Source: Tannockella kyphosi
GTDB lineage: Bacteria > Bacillota_I > Bacilli_A > Erysipelotrichales > Coprobacillaceae
Length of the DNA: 32,000 bases
Assembly: GCF_021054785.1 (NCBI RefSeq)
Contig: NZ_CP088239.1
Location: 2,070,001 to 2,102,000 of the forward strand
Direction: 5' to 3'
Shown here: one piece after another, positions 15,301 to 22,812 of the stretch
Layout of the letters: every line of letters starts with the position of its first letter
Numbering within the stretch: position 1 is the stretch's first letter
Notes under the pieces: model-generated
Seen by the model: the letters and a program-made list of their open reading frames with translations, nothing else
The model's database searches: none
Told to the model about the DNA's origin: nothing
Made by a program: the position numbers and the translations under genes

Positions 15301-17214
15301 AGTGAAGAACACACAGAATCAAATGCACAATATCAAGGAATTAAAGAATCTATTGAAACAGTTCGTGAAAATGGTGGAGATGTTACTATTTCTATCGGTG
15401 GACTAAATGAAGCAAACTTCTTCCAAAATACAGATGATTTAGATGTATTAGTAAATACATATGTAGAAATCATTGATGGATTTAATTTAACACGTATCGA
15501 TTTAGATATCGAAGGTGGAGCACAAGGTTATGAAATGAACGAATTAAATGCAAAAGCTATTGCAATCGTTCAAGAAATGACAGGTGTAGAAGTAGTGTTA
15601 ACTTTACCAGTATTACCTGAAGGGTTAACAACAAGCTTAGGATTACCAACATTACAAGTTTACTTAGATAATGGTGTTGATATTGAAGCAGTAAATATTA
15701 TGGCTATGTGTTATGGTGCATCTTATGGTGACTATGCAGATGGATCTATCGCTGCTATTGATTCAACAATGCAACAAATTAAAGATGCTTATGCATCAAT
15801 CGGACAAACATTAACAGATGAAGAAGCTTACATGAAAGTTGGAGTTACAACTTCAGTTGGATATGAAGGTTCAGCTCATCCAATCTTTACTGTAGAAGAT
15901 TCACAAACAGTAGTTGATTATGCAGAATTAGTAGGAATTAATTTCGTATCATTCTGGTCTATCAACCGTGATTCTCAAACTCAAAGCAACACAGGAATTT
16001 ATGAAGCTTATGAACATACAGAAGTATACTTAGGATTCCAAGATGAATCAATTCAACCAGATATCCCAGAAGGTGGAGATGACGAAGAAGAAGATTACAG
16101 TGATGCTCCAATCTGGACTAGAGAATTAGAAGCATTAGGATTATATGTTCCAGGATATATCGTTCAACATAACGGAATTGTATATAAACAAGTATTTAGT
16201 GGAACATCATGGTATTGTGAACCAGGAACAGATTCTTCAATTTGGTTACAAATTGCAGTTCTTGATGGAACAGAAGAACCAGAAGTAGAAGAACCAGAAG
16301 TAGAAGAAAATACTGCACCAGAATTATCAGGTGTAGCAGATGCAATCATTGTTGATTTTGCTGGATTCTTAGACTTATTAGCAGGAGTAAGTGCTAGTGA
16401 TAAAGAAGATGGTGATTTAACAGCTAGTATCGTAGTAACAGGAACAGTAAATACAGCAGTAGCTGGTGATTATGTAATCACTTATACTGTAACTGACTCA
16501 GAAGGTTTATCTGCTAGTGCAACATGTGTTGTAACAGTAGAAAAAGAAGAAATCGTTGAACCAGAAGTAGAAGAAAATACTGCACCAGAATTATCAGGTG
16601 TGGCAGATGCAATCGTTGTTGATTTTGCTGGATACTTAGATTTATTAGCAGGAGTAAGTGCTAGTGATAAAGAAGATGGTGATTTAACAGCTAGTATCGT
16701 AGTAACAGGAACAGTAAATACAGCAGTAGCTGGTGATTATGTAATCACTTATACTGTAACTGACTCAGAAGGTTTATCTGCTAGTGCAACATGTGTTGTA
16801 ACAGTAGAAAAAGAAGAAATCGTTGAACCAGAAGAACCAGAAGTAGAAGAACCTGAATTACCAGAAGTTGAAGGGGAATATGACACTTGGACTAGAGAAG
16901 ATGAAGCAACTGGAGCATACACTTCAGGAACATTTGTAACATACAAAGGTGTGGTTTATGAACAAGTTTCATCAGCTACAGCTTGGTGGTGTGAACCAGG
17001 AACTAATTCTTCAGTATGGCAAGAAGTAGGAAGCGATGATTCTTACGAAGCTCCAGCTCCAGAAGAATGGACTAGAGATATTGAAGCAACAGGTGCTTAT
17101 TCATCAGGAACAGTTGTTACATATTATGGAAATACATATGAACAAGTATCATCAGGTGTATCTTGGTGGTGTGAACCAGGAACGAATAATGCAGTTTGGC
17201 AATTAGTAAATTAA
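12346..17214 (+). CDS. Giant secreted multidomain glycoside hydrolase: signal peptide, poly-Thr linker, GH18 domain A, unknown beta-module, 3x Ig-like (DUF5011-type), GH18 domain B, CBM5/12, 2x Ig-like, 2x CBM5/12
   Basis: 1622 aa. AAGGAGA RBS. Signal peptide MKKRLLSLTMVLALVASSF...AEA followed by T x11. GH18 DxxDxDxE motif DFVDIDWE at 12862-12885. Second GH18-type motif RIDLDIEG at 15493-15513, with FNLGFI and ISIGG strands. Repeats of the form APxxSG...GVSAxDxEDGDLT...AGDYxITYTVTDSEG. Three W...Y..G..V.Y.G..YEQV....WWCEPGT...W modules. No LPXTG or C-terminal TM. Confidence 0.9.
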   Translation: MKKRLLSLTMVLALVASSFSSSLGILNVAAEATTTTTTTTTTTSEYRNVMYYGDWSIWGGQGNFYPEDMPADMYTHLNYAFMDFTASGDLVFTDTDAATAASLGQDGVTWGAVNAGLLPALTSLRADNPNMKIGISVGGWSKSGDFSAMAADDTARANFVSQIVAFIEYTGMDFVDIDWEYPASVREPDLVDNANDEGTPDATEADKENYIILLEDLRAALDEAGEETGKYYELSVALPIDRTKLENGVDVEAMFEIIDFGNLMTYDARGAWDETSGHQTALYGNPEDPMYEYGYSIDQTVDYMIENGAPSEKLVIGAAFYTRGWETVADDGGIEENPGLFGTASATNLDADQTASKGASNEAALSNGDGGRNGGIWSYNSIDTLKSTYTGLVEYWDDVAKAPYLYNGEAFFTYDNVESITEKANYVIENNLGGMISWMASNDATTDSTVRDELTTAIYEGLYGTASLPENEIIVTPLDISVSVSTYSESWSGTGYEITITNNEVAEETNAVLQAVEAQKETIMLPKLYVDTGGLTLSSGGYGAGTVTNEDGISIVDLSSVYDNKLIAQGASITIQLAVSGADELSVDDLQSITLVQSTYTGGPEINPQVIYGSDVQTEENSVPVFSGTSNRTLDFGTEFDIFEGVSATDNEDGDLTSQIIAVGSVDSNTAGTYTIAYTVTDSEGATATASRTITIRDEVVEPEVEEPEVEENTAPELSGVADAIIVDFAGYLDLLAGVSASDKEDGDLTDSIVVTGTVNTAVAGDYVITYTVTDFEGLSASATCVVTVEKEEIVEPEEPEVEENTAPVIAGVKDETVDYGSDFDTLAGVSASDEEDGDLTDSIKVEGSVDTSKAGDYTLTYSVTDSQGETVSISKTVTVLEEEVTPEPEVDEDDEDEDSIYGVDNLDFGVGDGIVWETGVFAPFADMGAWVTDADYSNNGALDLGQVMEDTGIKYFNLGFINAVDGTVDENGVLNWGFGAYEVLSEEHTESNAQYQGIKESIETVRENGGDVTISIGGLNEANFFQNTDDLDVLVNTYVEIIDGFNLTRIDLDIEGGAQGYEMNELNAKAIAIVQEMTGVEVVLTLPVLPEGLTTSLGLPTLQVYLDNGVDIEAVNIMAMCYGASYGDYADGSIAAIDSTMQQIKDAYASIGQTLTDEEAYMKVGVTTSVGYEGSAHPIFTVEDSQTVVDYAELVGINFVSFWSINRDSQTQSNTGIYEAYEHTEVYLGFQDESIQPDIPEGGDDEEEDYSDAPIWTRELEALGLYVPGYIVQHNGIVYKQVFSGTSWYCEPGTDSSIWLQIAVLDGTEEPEVEEPEVEENTAPELSGVADAIIVDFAGFLDLLAGVSASDKEDGDLTASIVVTGTVNTAVAGDYVITYTVTDSEGLSASATCVVTVEKEEIVEPEVEENTAPELSGVADAIVVDFAGYLDLLAGVSASDKEDGDLTASIVVTGTVNTAVAGDYVITYTVTDSEGLSASATCVVTVEKEEIVEPEEPEVEEPELPEVEGEYDTWTREDEATGAYTSGTFVTYKGVVYEQVSSATAWWCEPGTNSSVWQEVGSDDSYEAPAPEEWTRDIEATGAYSSGTVVTYYGNTYEQVSSGVSWWCEPGTNNAVWQLVN
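14449..14745 (+). repeat. Intragenic repeat copy A (acidic linker plus Ig-like module), near-identical to copies at 16276-16845
   Basis: About 7 mismatches in ~300 nt against 16276-16572, by eye alignment. Confidence 0.85.
16276..16845 (+). repeat. Tandem intragenic repeat copies B and C (267-bp period, 89 codons)
   Basis: The unit starting AATACTGCACCAGAATTATCAGG recurs at 16309 and 16576. I count 4 mismatches over the 267-nt unit. Confidence 0.9.
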
Positions 17215-17259
17215 TAAAAACAATTATTAATATTGTAATAAATAATTTATAAATAAAAA

Positions 17260-17309
17260 GTAGACATGAATGGATATAATTAATATATCGATAAAGTGTC
17301 TACTTTTTT
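17260..17309 (+). terminator. Probable terminator after the GH18 gene (composite hairpin)
   Basis: Outer stem GTAGACA/TGTCTAC enclosing an inner GATATA-attaa-TATATC hairpin, followed by TTTTTT. Confidence 0.55.
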
Positions 17310-17374
17310 ATTTAATAGTGAATATTTGTAAAATAGTAAATCATGGTTAAACTGACGAAAAACAGTGTAATTTA

Positions 17375-17403
17375 TTGACATTAAAACAAGAACTCGGTAT
17401 ACT
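17375..17403 (+). promoter_or_regulatory. Sigma-A promoter TTGACA - 17 nt - TATACT for the COG0523 operon
   Basis: Consensus -35, exact 17-nt spacer and a good -10. Confidence 0.65.
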
Positions 17404-17416
17404 TTGATAGACATAT

Positions 17417-17432
17417 GTTAGCTATAGCTAAC
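17417..17432. promoter_or_regulatory. Perfect 16-bp palindrome GTTAGCTATAGCTAAC, candidate repressor operator (metalloregulator?)
   Basis: The sequence is its own reverse complement. It lies 14 nt downstream of the -10 and 20 nt upstream of the start codon, i.e. at or just after the predicted TSS. Confidence 0.5.
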
Positions 17433-17451
17433 TATAAAAAAGGAGAAAAAG

Positions 17452-18462
17452 ATGGTTAAAATCGATATAATTTCTGGCTTTTTAGGAGCTGGAAAAACAA
17501 CATTTATAAAAAAACTTATTAAAGAAGCATTTCAAGGAGAAAAAATAGTTCTTATTGAAAATGAATTTGGAGAGATTGGTGTAGATAGTGGTTTTTTACA
17601 AGATGCTGGAATTGAAATAAAGGAAATGAATTCAGGTTGTATTTGTTGTTCTTTAGTTGGAGATTTTGAAGCATCTTTAAAAGAAGTAATTACTACATAT
17701 AAACCAGAAAGAATCATAATTGAACCTTCAGGAGTAGGAAAATTATCAGATATTGAACAAGCAGTTCAAACTATTTGTAACAATGAAAATAATGTAAAAT
17801 TAAATAATAAAATAACAGTTGTAAATGCCCAAAAAGCATCTATGTATGCAAAGAACTTTGGAGAATTCTTTATTAACCAAGTAGAATATGCTGATGCTGT
17901 TGTATTAAGTAGAACAACAAACATAGATGAGAAAAAGTTAAATAAAGCAATCGAATTAATAGAACAATATAATAATGTAGCAACAAAAATGACAACACCT
18001 TGGGATAAACTAGATGGTAAAGAAATATTAATGAATATAGAAAATCAACATCAATTAGAGGAGTCCTTATTAAATGAAGTGAACGAACATCATCATGTTC
18101 ATAGCGAATGTGGTTGTGATAGTCATCAACATGTCCATAGTGAATGTGGTTGTGGTTGTGGTGGACATCATGAGGCTAACGATGTTTTTACAAGTTGGGG
18201 AATTGAAACAGCAAACAAATATACAGAAGATCAAATCGCTACTTTTTTACAAGAGCTAGAAGAAGAACATATGTATGGAGCTATTTTACGTGCTAAAGGA
18301 ATGCTTGAATGTAGTGATAATAAGTGGATTTATTTTGATTATGTTCCTGGAGAAGCACAAACACGTGAAGGAAGTATTTGTACAATAGGAAAGATTTGTG
18401 TTATTGGGACACAATTAAATGATAGTAACTTAAAAAAATTATTTGAAAAAACAGAGGTATAA
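17452..18462 (+). CDS. COG0523/CobW-family G3E GTPase metallochaperone with a His/Cys-rich insert
   Basis: 336 aa. Walker A GFLGAGKTT, IENEFGE, metal-binding GCICCS (CxCC), IIEPSGVG. Insert HHHVHSECGCDSHQHVHSECGCGCGGHHE with an internal HVHSECGC duplication. CobW_C-like tail. Confidence 0.9.
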   Translation: MVKIDIISGFLGAGKTTFIKKLIKEAFQGEKIVLIENEFGEIGVDSGFLQDAGIEIKEMNSGCICCSLVGDFEASLKEVITTYKPERIIIEPSGVGKLSDIEQAVQTICNNENNVKLNNKITVVNAQKASMYAKNFGEFFINQVEYADAVVLSRTTNIDEKKLNKAIELIEQYNNVATKMTTPWDKLDGKEILMNIENQHQLEESLLNEVNEHHHVHSECGCDSHQHVHSECGCGCGGHHEANDVFTSWGIETANKYTEDQIATFLQELEEEHMYGAILRAKGMLECSDNKWIYFDYVPGEAQTREGSICTIGKICVIGTQLNDSNLKKLFEKTEV

Positions 18463-18469
18463 AAAGGAA

Positions 18470-19408
18470 ATGTGGAATAAAAAAAAGACATATATTGTTA
18501 ATGGATTTTTAGAGAGTGGAAAAACAGAGTTTATTAAATATACGCTAAGTCAACCTTATTTTAAAAAGAGATCAAAAATATTAGTTATTCTTTGTGAAGA
18601 TGGGGAAACAACAATAGAAAAAGAGTTCTTAAAAGAAAATAGAGTTATTTTAGAAGTAATAGATAATCAAGAAGATTTTACGGTAGAGAAGTTAAAAGAA
18701 TTAGATAAGAAACATAATTTTAAAAGAATTATGATTGAATATAATGGAATGTGGGATCATAAGAATATTGAGTTACCTGAATCATGGGTTCTAGAACAAC
18801 AAATAAGCATATTAGATACTTCTACTTTTCAAATGTACTTTAATAATATGAAGTCGATAATAGGAGATATGGTTCGTAATTCAGAACTAGTAATATTTAA
18901 TCGAGCTAATCAATCAAATGAACTTTCTGTTATCAAAAGAAATATAAAAATATTGAATCCTACAACAGATATTGTATTTGAAGCAAATGGGGCTGAAATA
19001 CCAGTTATGTTAGAAGAAGAATTACCATATGATATTGATGCACCTAATCTAACAATAACAGAAGAAACATATGGAGCATGGTTTTTAGATACATTAGATA
19101 ATACGAAAAGATATATAGGAAAAGAAGTGAAGTTTATTGCTAAGGTATTAAAAAAAGAAGATTTACCTAATGATTATTTTGTTCCAATCCGTGTTATGAT
19201 GACATGTTGCGAAGATGATCTATCATCATTTGGATTTGTTTGTCAATATGAGAATGCAAAAACATTAAATGAAAATACATGGGTAGAATTAACCGCAATT
19301 ATGGATGAAGGTGTATGGCCTAACTGTGGAGAATTAGGACCTATTTTACATGCTATTACAGTACAAGAAGTAGAAACACCAGAAAATGAAATTATTATTT
19401 TTAATTAG
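18470..19408 (+). CDS. Divergent G3E-like P-loop protein lacking the CxCC motif, fused to a C-terminal domain with an MTCCEDD motif (DUF1980/TIGR03943-C-terminal-like, from memory)
   Basis: Start uncertain: ATG at 18470 (MWNKKKTYIVNGF) or TTG at 18443, which overlaps the upstream stop. Walker A GFLESGKT is intact. LCEDGE replaces ENEFGE, and there is no GCICC. The C-terminus reads YFVPIRVMMTCCEDDLSSFGFVCQ. Confidence 0.7.
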   Translation: MWNKKKTYIVNGFLESGKTEFIKYTLSQPYFKKRSKILVILCEDGETTIEKEFLKENRVILEVIDNQEDFTVEKLKELDKKHNFKRIMIEYNGMWDHKNIELPESWVLEQQISILDTSTFQMYFNNMKSIIGDMVRNSELVIFNRANQSNELSVIKRNIKILNPTTDIVFEANGAEIPVMLEEELPYDIDAPNLTITEETYGAWFLDTLDNTKRYIGKEVKFIAKVLKKEDLPNDYFVPIRVMMTCCEDDLSSFGFVCQYENAKTLNENTWVELTAIMDEGVWPNCGELGPILHAITVQEVETPENEIIIFN

Positions 19409-19414
19409 AAAAAC

Positions 19415-19442
19415 AAAACGATATGACAAGCATATCGTTTTT
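19415..19442. terminator. Bidirectional terminator between the convergent COG0523 operon and dut
   Basis: CGATATG-acaag-CATATCG stem flanked by an A-run (5') and a T-run (3'). Confidence 0.75.
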
Positions 19443-19459
19443 ATGTACTAAATTTTGTA

Positions 19460-19975
19460 TTATTTTTTAGTAGTACTACCAAAACCACCATCTCTTATTT
19501 CATTAGTATCATCGTCTTCTACGATACCAAATGCCATAAAGATTCCTTGAGCAAATCCTTCTCCTGCTTGTAAGTCTACTGTTTTATTTTCATTAGAATC
19601 ATTTGTTATTTTAATAAAAATATGACCTTCATTACTACTATTGAAATAATCACTATCAATAATACCTACTGTATTATTTAACTGTAAACGGAATTTAAAT
19701 CCTAATCCACTTCTTGGATAAACAGATAATACCCAACCATTATTAATAGAACAACGAATACCTGTTGGTATTTTAATTGTTTCATTTGGTTTTAAAGTAA
19801 AGGCAATAGGAGTATAAAAATCATATCCTGCTGAACCAATAGTTGCTCTTTTAGGTAATTGAATAGTTTCATAAATAGATTTTGTTTCTTCTAATGAATA
19901 TTGATTAAATGAATCCATGAAATCATTTGTAAACTGTTCTAATGATACTTTGTAAAACTTTGCTATTTTTTGCAT
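19460..19975 (-). CDS. dut: dUTP diphosphatase (trimeric dUTPase family) with a ~35-aa N-terminal extension
   Basis: 171 aa. Motifs GSAGYDF, PRSGLG, GIIDSDY and C-terminal GGFGSTTKK. AAAGGAGGA RBS on the minus strand. Confidence 0.85.
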   Translation of the reverse strand: MQKIAKFYKVSLEQFTNDFMDSFNQYSLEETKSIYETIQLPKRATIGSAGYDFYTPIAFTLKPNETIKIPTGIRCSINNGWVLSVYPRSGLGFKFRLQLNNTVGIIDSDYFNSSNEGHIFIKITNDSNENKTVDLQAGEGFAQGIFMAFGIVEDDDTNEIRDGGFGSTTKK

Positions 19976-20009
19976 ATAAATCCTCCTTTAATAAAGCTAT
20001 TATAACAAG

Positions 20010-20041
20010 AATAAAACAAAACAAAAAGACCTTGCGGTCTT
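20010..20041 (-). terminator. Terminator immediately after nrdG
   Basis: Minus strand: AAGACC-gcaa-GGTCTT followed by TTTTGTTTTGTTTT. Confidence 0.7.
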
Positions 20042-20530
20042 TTAATCATGTAAAATAATAATATTTGAATTCATTGATGATTGAACATCAATAACTCTTT
20101 GATTACTAGATCCCTTCCAATGTAATTTAGGATCTAATAATGCTAATTCAAATTTCCCATCAACAATAACATCAAGGTATTGAATCAATTCAATATCACG
20201 AATATCTTCAAAAACAAAACCAGTATATAACCAAATTGTTTTAGTAGGAAACTTTTCTTTTATTTCTTTTATTAAATCATGAACTTCATTCAATAATTGT
20301 GGGTGAAGTGGATCTCCGCCACTTAATGTAATACCAGAAATATAATCTTGGCTTAAATAATCAAATAATTCTTGTTTGGCAGCATCATCAAAGGCAATAC
20401 CACCATGAATATCCCATGTTTGAGGATTTTGACAACCTTGGCAACGATGTGTACAACCAGCTAACCATAGCACTACTCTTAATCCTTCACCATTTAACAT
20501 ATCGGCATGTGTTATATTATGATAATTCAT
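20042..20530 (-). CDS. nrdG: Anaerobic ribonucleoside-triphosphate reductase activating protein (radical SAM)
   Basis: 162 aa. The cluster motif in GCTHRCQGCQN (C-x3-C-x2-C), SGGDP. The start overlaps the nrdD stop by 1 nt. Confidence 0.9.
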   Translation of the reverse strand: MNYHNITHADMLNGEGLRVVLWLAGCTHRCQGCQNPQTWDIHGGIAFDDAAKQELFDYLSQDYISGITLSGGDPLHPQLLNEVHDLIKEIKEKFPTKTIWLYTGFVFEDIRDIELIQYLDVIVDGKFELALLDPKLHWKGSSNQRVIDVQSSMNSNIIILHD

Positions 20531-22644
20531 TACATTGACTTCCTATCTTTAATTTCATCCATTTTAGCATTATTTAAACGAGTATCACCCTTTACTCTAG
20601 AATAAGATAAATATCCATTCATACGATCAATCTTAGTTAAATTTGCACTACCACAAACAGGACAAACATCCATATTTAACTCTTCATGACCACAATCATC
20701 ACAATAAGATAAAGCTAAATTAACACCTTCATATAAACCTTTTTTCATCGCTCTTTTTAATAAAGTACGGAAAGCTTCTTTATTATAATCAATAGAATAT
20801 TTTACATATTGGATTTTACCACCATTACATAAATCCCAGAAACGATTTTCTAAATCTTGTTTATCTACTGTTAAGATATCTTCACTAACATGACAATGGA
20901 AACTATTAGAAACATAAGAACGATCACTTACATTTTCAATAACACCATATTTATTTCTAAATTGAGTTATTTGTAAACCACATAAACTCTCTGCTGGAGT
21001 TCCATAAATAGCATACAAATTACCATCTTCTTCTTTAAACTCATTAATCTTTTTATTAATATATCCTAATACTTCTAAAGAGAAAGAACCATCCTCTACT
21101 AAAGATTTTTTATGATGCAATTGTTCCAACTCATTTAAAGCAGTAATCCCAAAAGATGCAGTAGCACTCTTTAATAAAGGCTTAATCTTATCATGAATAC
21201 CCAAAGTACCACCATAGAATCCACCTTCACAATAGGCTAGTGGATTAATAGATGCCTTCATTTCTCCAATATAATCATAAGTACGAATATGTAACTTACG
21301 GATTAATTGTAAATAATAATCTAATACTTCATAGAAAGGAACACTTTCCTTTTGTGCTTTTGCATAAATCATCGGTAAATGTAAAGAAATAGCACCAATA
21401 TTAAATCTACCTACAAACACAGGAGAATCATTATCATCAGCTGGATACATTCCACCTTTTTCATACCAAGGAGATAAAAAAGCTCGACATCCCATTGGAG
21501 AAATAACTTTCCCATATTTTTTATACATACTTGCAACATATCCATCACCAGTTAAACTTAACCAATCAGGATACATACATTTACTAGAACATTCTACCCC
21601 AGCATCAAATAATGATTCCAATGGCTTACCAGCTCCATGTAATTCTTCATCATATAAGAATACAATTTTAGGGAACAATACAGGTTTTTTATTTCCTTTT
21701 TTCCCTTGACCGATTCTTCTAGTTTTTAACATTTCTATCGTAGCCATTTGACACCATTCACTAGTACCAGTAGCTATTGTAACAGTAATAAATGGATAGT
21801 CACCACGACTAGAAGCTACCGTATTAAACTTATATTCCCATCCTTGATATCCTTGATGGAAATCATTTTCTAAATCAGCAATTGCAACATCATGTGCTTT
21901 TTGAGGATCTAACCCTAAACTAGTATATTTAGAAATATACATATCATATGATTTTTGAGCATAAGGTTCTAATAACAAATCAACACTAGGTACAGTAAAT
22001 CCACCATATTGTTGGCTTGCAGCCGACAATACAATATCTCCAATAACATCAAATGCAACATCTAATGTCTTTGGTTCATTGTACCAAAGATTACCCATTT
22101 CAAAACCACCTTTTAATACATTAGCAACATCAAATAAACAACAGTTCATTGTATCACGTCTAGCAGACATATCATGGATATAAATATATCCATCTCTAGC
22201 TGCTTGTAGTTCTTCTGTAGTTAAGAAAAACTTTTGATACAAAGACTTATTTAGTTCATTAAAAATCAAGCTTCTTTTTGTAGAAACTAAGGCACTATCG
22301 GTATTACTATTTTCTTTATCACCAATATACATAATGCTTTGTGATTTTTTATAAACATCATCTAACATATGAACAAAATCTTGTTTATAGTTACGGTAAT
22401 CACGGTAGCTTTTTGCTACTCTAGGATTCACTTTATCCAAAGCACCTTCCACCATATTATGCATTTGAGCAATTGTAATTCCATCAGGATACTGATTAGC
22501 ATTTTCAATAACAAAAGCACAAATTTGATCCACTTCTCCGTCTTTAAAATTATATAGACATCTTGTAGCGGACTTGTTTATAGCGACAACTACTTTTTCA
22601 ATATTAAATTCTTCAATTGTATTATCTTTTTTAATTACATACAT
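20530..22644 (-). CDS. nrdD: Anaerobic (class III) ribonucleoside-triphosphate reductase
   Basis: 704 aa. N-terminal ATP-cone (MYVIKKDNTIEEFNIEKVVVAINKS). C-terminal Zn-ribbon CDDCGHE...CPVCGS followed by the glycyl-radical segment RMNGYLSY. Confidence 0.95.
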   Translation of the reverse strand: MYVIKKDNTIEEFNIEKVVVAINKSATRCLYNFKDGEVDQICAFVIENANQYPDGITIAQMHNMVEGALDKVNPRVAKSYRDYRNYKQDFVHMLDDVYKKSQSIMYIGDKENSNTDSALVSTKRSLIFNELNKSLYQKFFLTTEELQAARDGYIYIHDMSARRDTMNCCLFDVANVLKGGFEMGNLWYNEPKTLDVAFDVIGDIVLSAASQQYGGFTVPSVDLLLEPYAQKSYDMYISKYTSLGLDPQKAHDVAIADLENDFHQGYQGWEYKFNTVASSRGDYPFITVTIATGTSEWCQMATIEMLKTRRIGQGKKGNKKPVLFPKIVFLYDEELHGAGKPLESLFDAGVECSSKCMYPDWLSLTGDGYVASMYKKYGKVISPMGCRAFLSPWYEKGGMYPADDNDSPVFVGRFNIGAISLHLPMIYAKAQKESVPFYEVLDYYLQLIRKLHIRTYDYIGEMKASINPLAYCEGGFYGGTLGIHDKIKPLLKSATASFGITALNELEQLHHKKSLVEDGSFSLEVLGYINKKINEFKEEDGNLYAIYGTPAESLCGLQITQFRNKYGVIENVSDRSYVSNSFHCHVSEDILTVDKQDLENRFWDLCNGGKIQYVKYSIDYNKEAFRTLLKRAMKKGLYEGVNLALSYCDDCGHEELNMDVCPVCGSANLTKIDRMNGYLSYSRVKGDTRLNNAKMDEIKDRKSM

Positions 22645-22751
22645 AAATATTCCCTCACTTTATATCTATAAGTATAGGTAACCAACAACCAAAAGTAAAG
22701 GGATTTGTTCTATCAAAATGTGGAAATATTCTATATATTATCGCTCTAATA

Positions 22752-22760
22752 TGCTATACT
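22752..22760 (+). promoter_or_regulatory. Possible extended -10 element TGcTATACT upstream of parA
   Basis: Read directly. There is no good -35 at 17-nt spacing. Confidence 0.35.
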
Positions 22761-22812
22761 TAAAAGAGCCTAAAGGGAAAACATAGATAATATATATAAT
22801 AAGGAGATTAGT

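Noticed and set aside
16276-16845. Tandem repeats as a CRISPR array or non-coding satellite
   Set aside because: The 267-nt repeats are in frame, encode complete Ig-like modules within a continuous 1622-aa ORF, and have no spacer/repeat architecture.
22645-22812. NrdR boxes upstream of nrdD (e.g. CACTTTATATCTATAAGT at ~22658; CTATATATTA at ~22731)
   Set aside because: They only partly resemble the acaCwAtATaTwGtgt palindrome. The flanking ACAC/GTGT arms are missing and the spacing between candidates (~65-70 bp) is atypical. A PWM scan is needed.
11479-22812. Prophage, ICE or defence island between noc and parA
   Set aside because: There are no integrase/recombinase, phage structural, restriction-modification, toxin-antitoxin, or nuclease/helicase-type defence genes. 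There is also no tRNA target and no flanking direct repeat.
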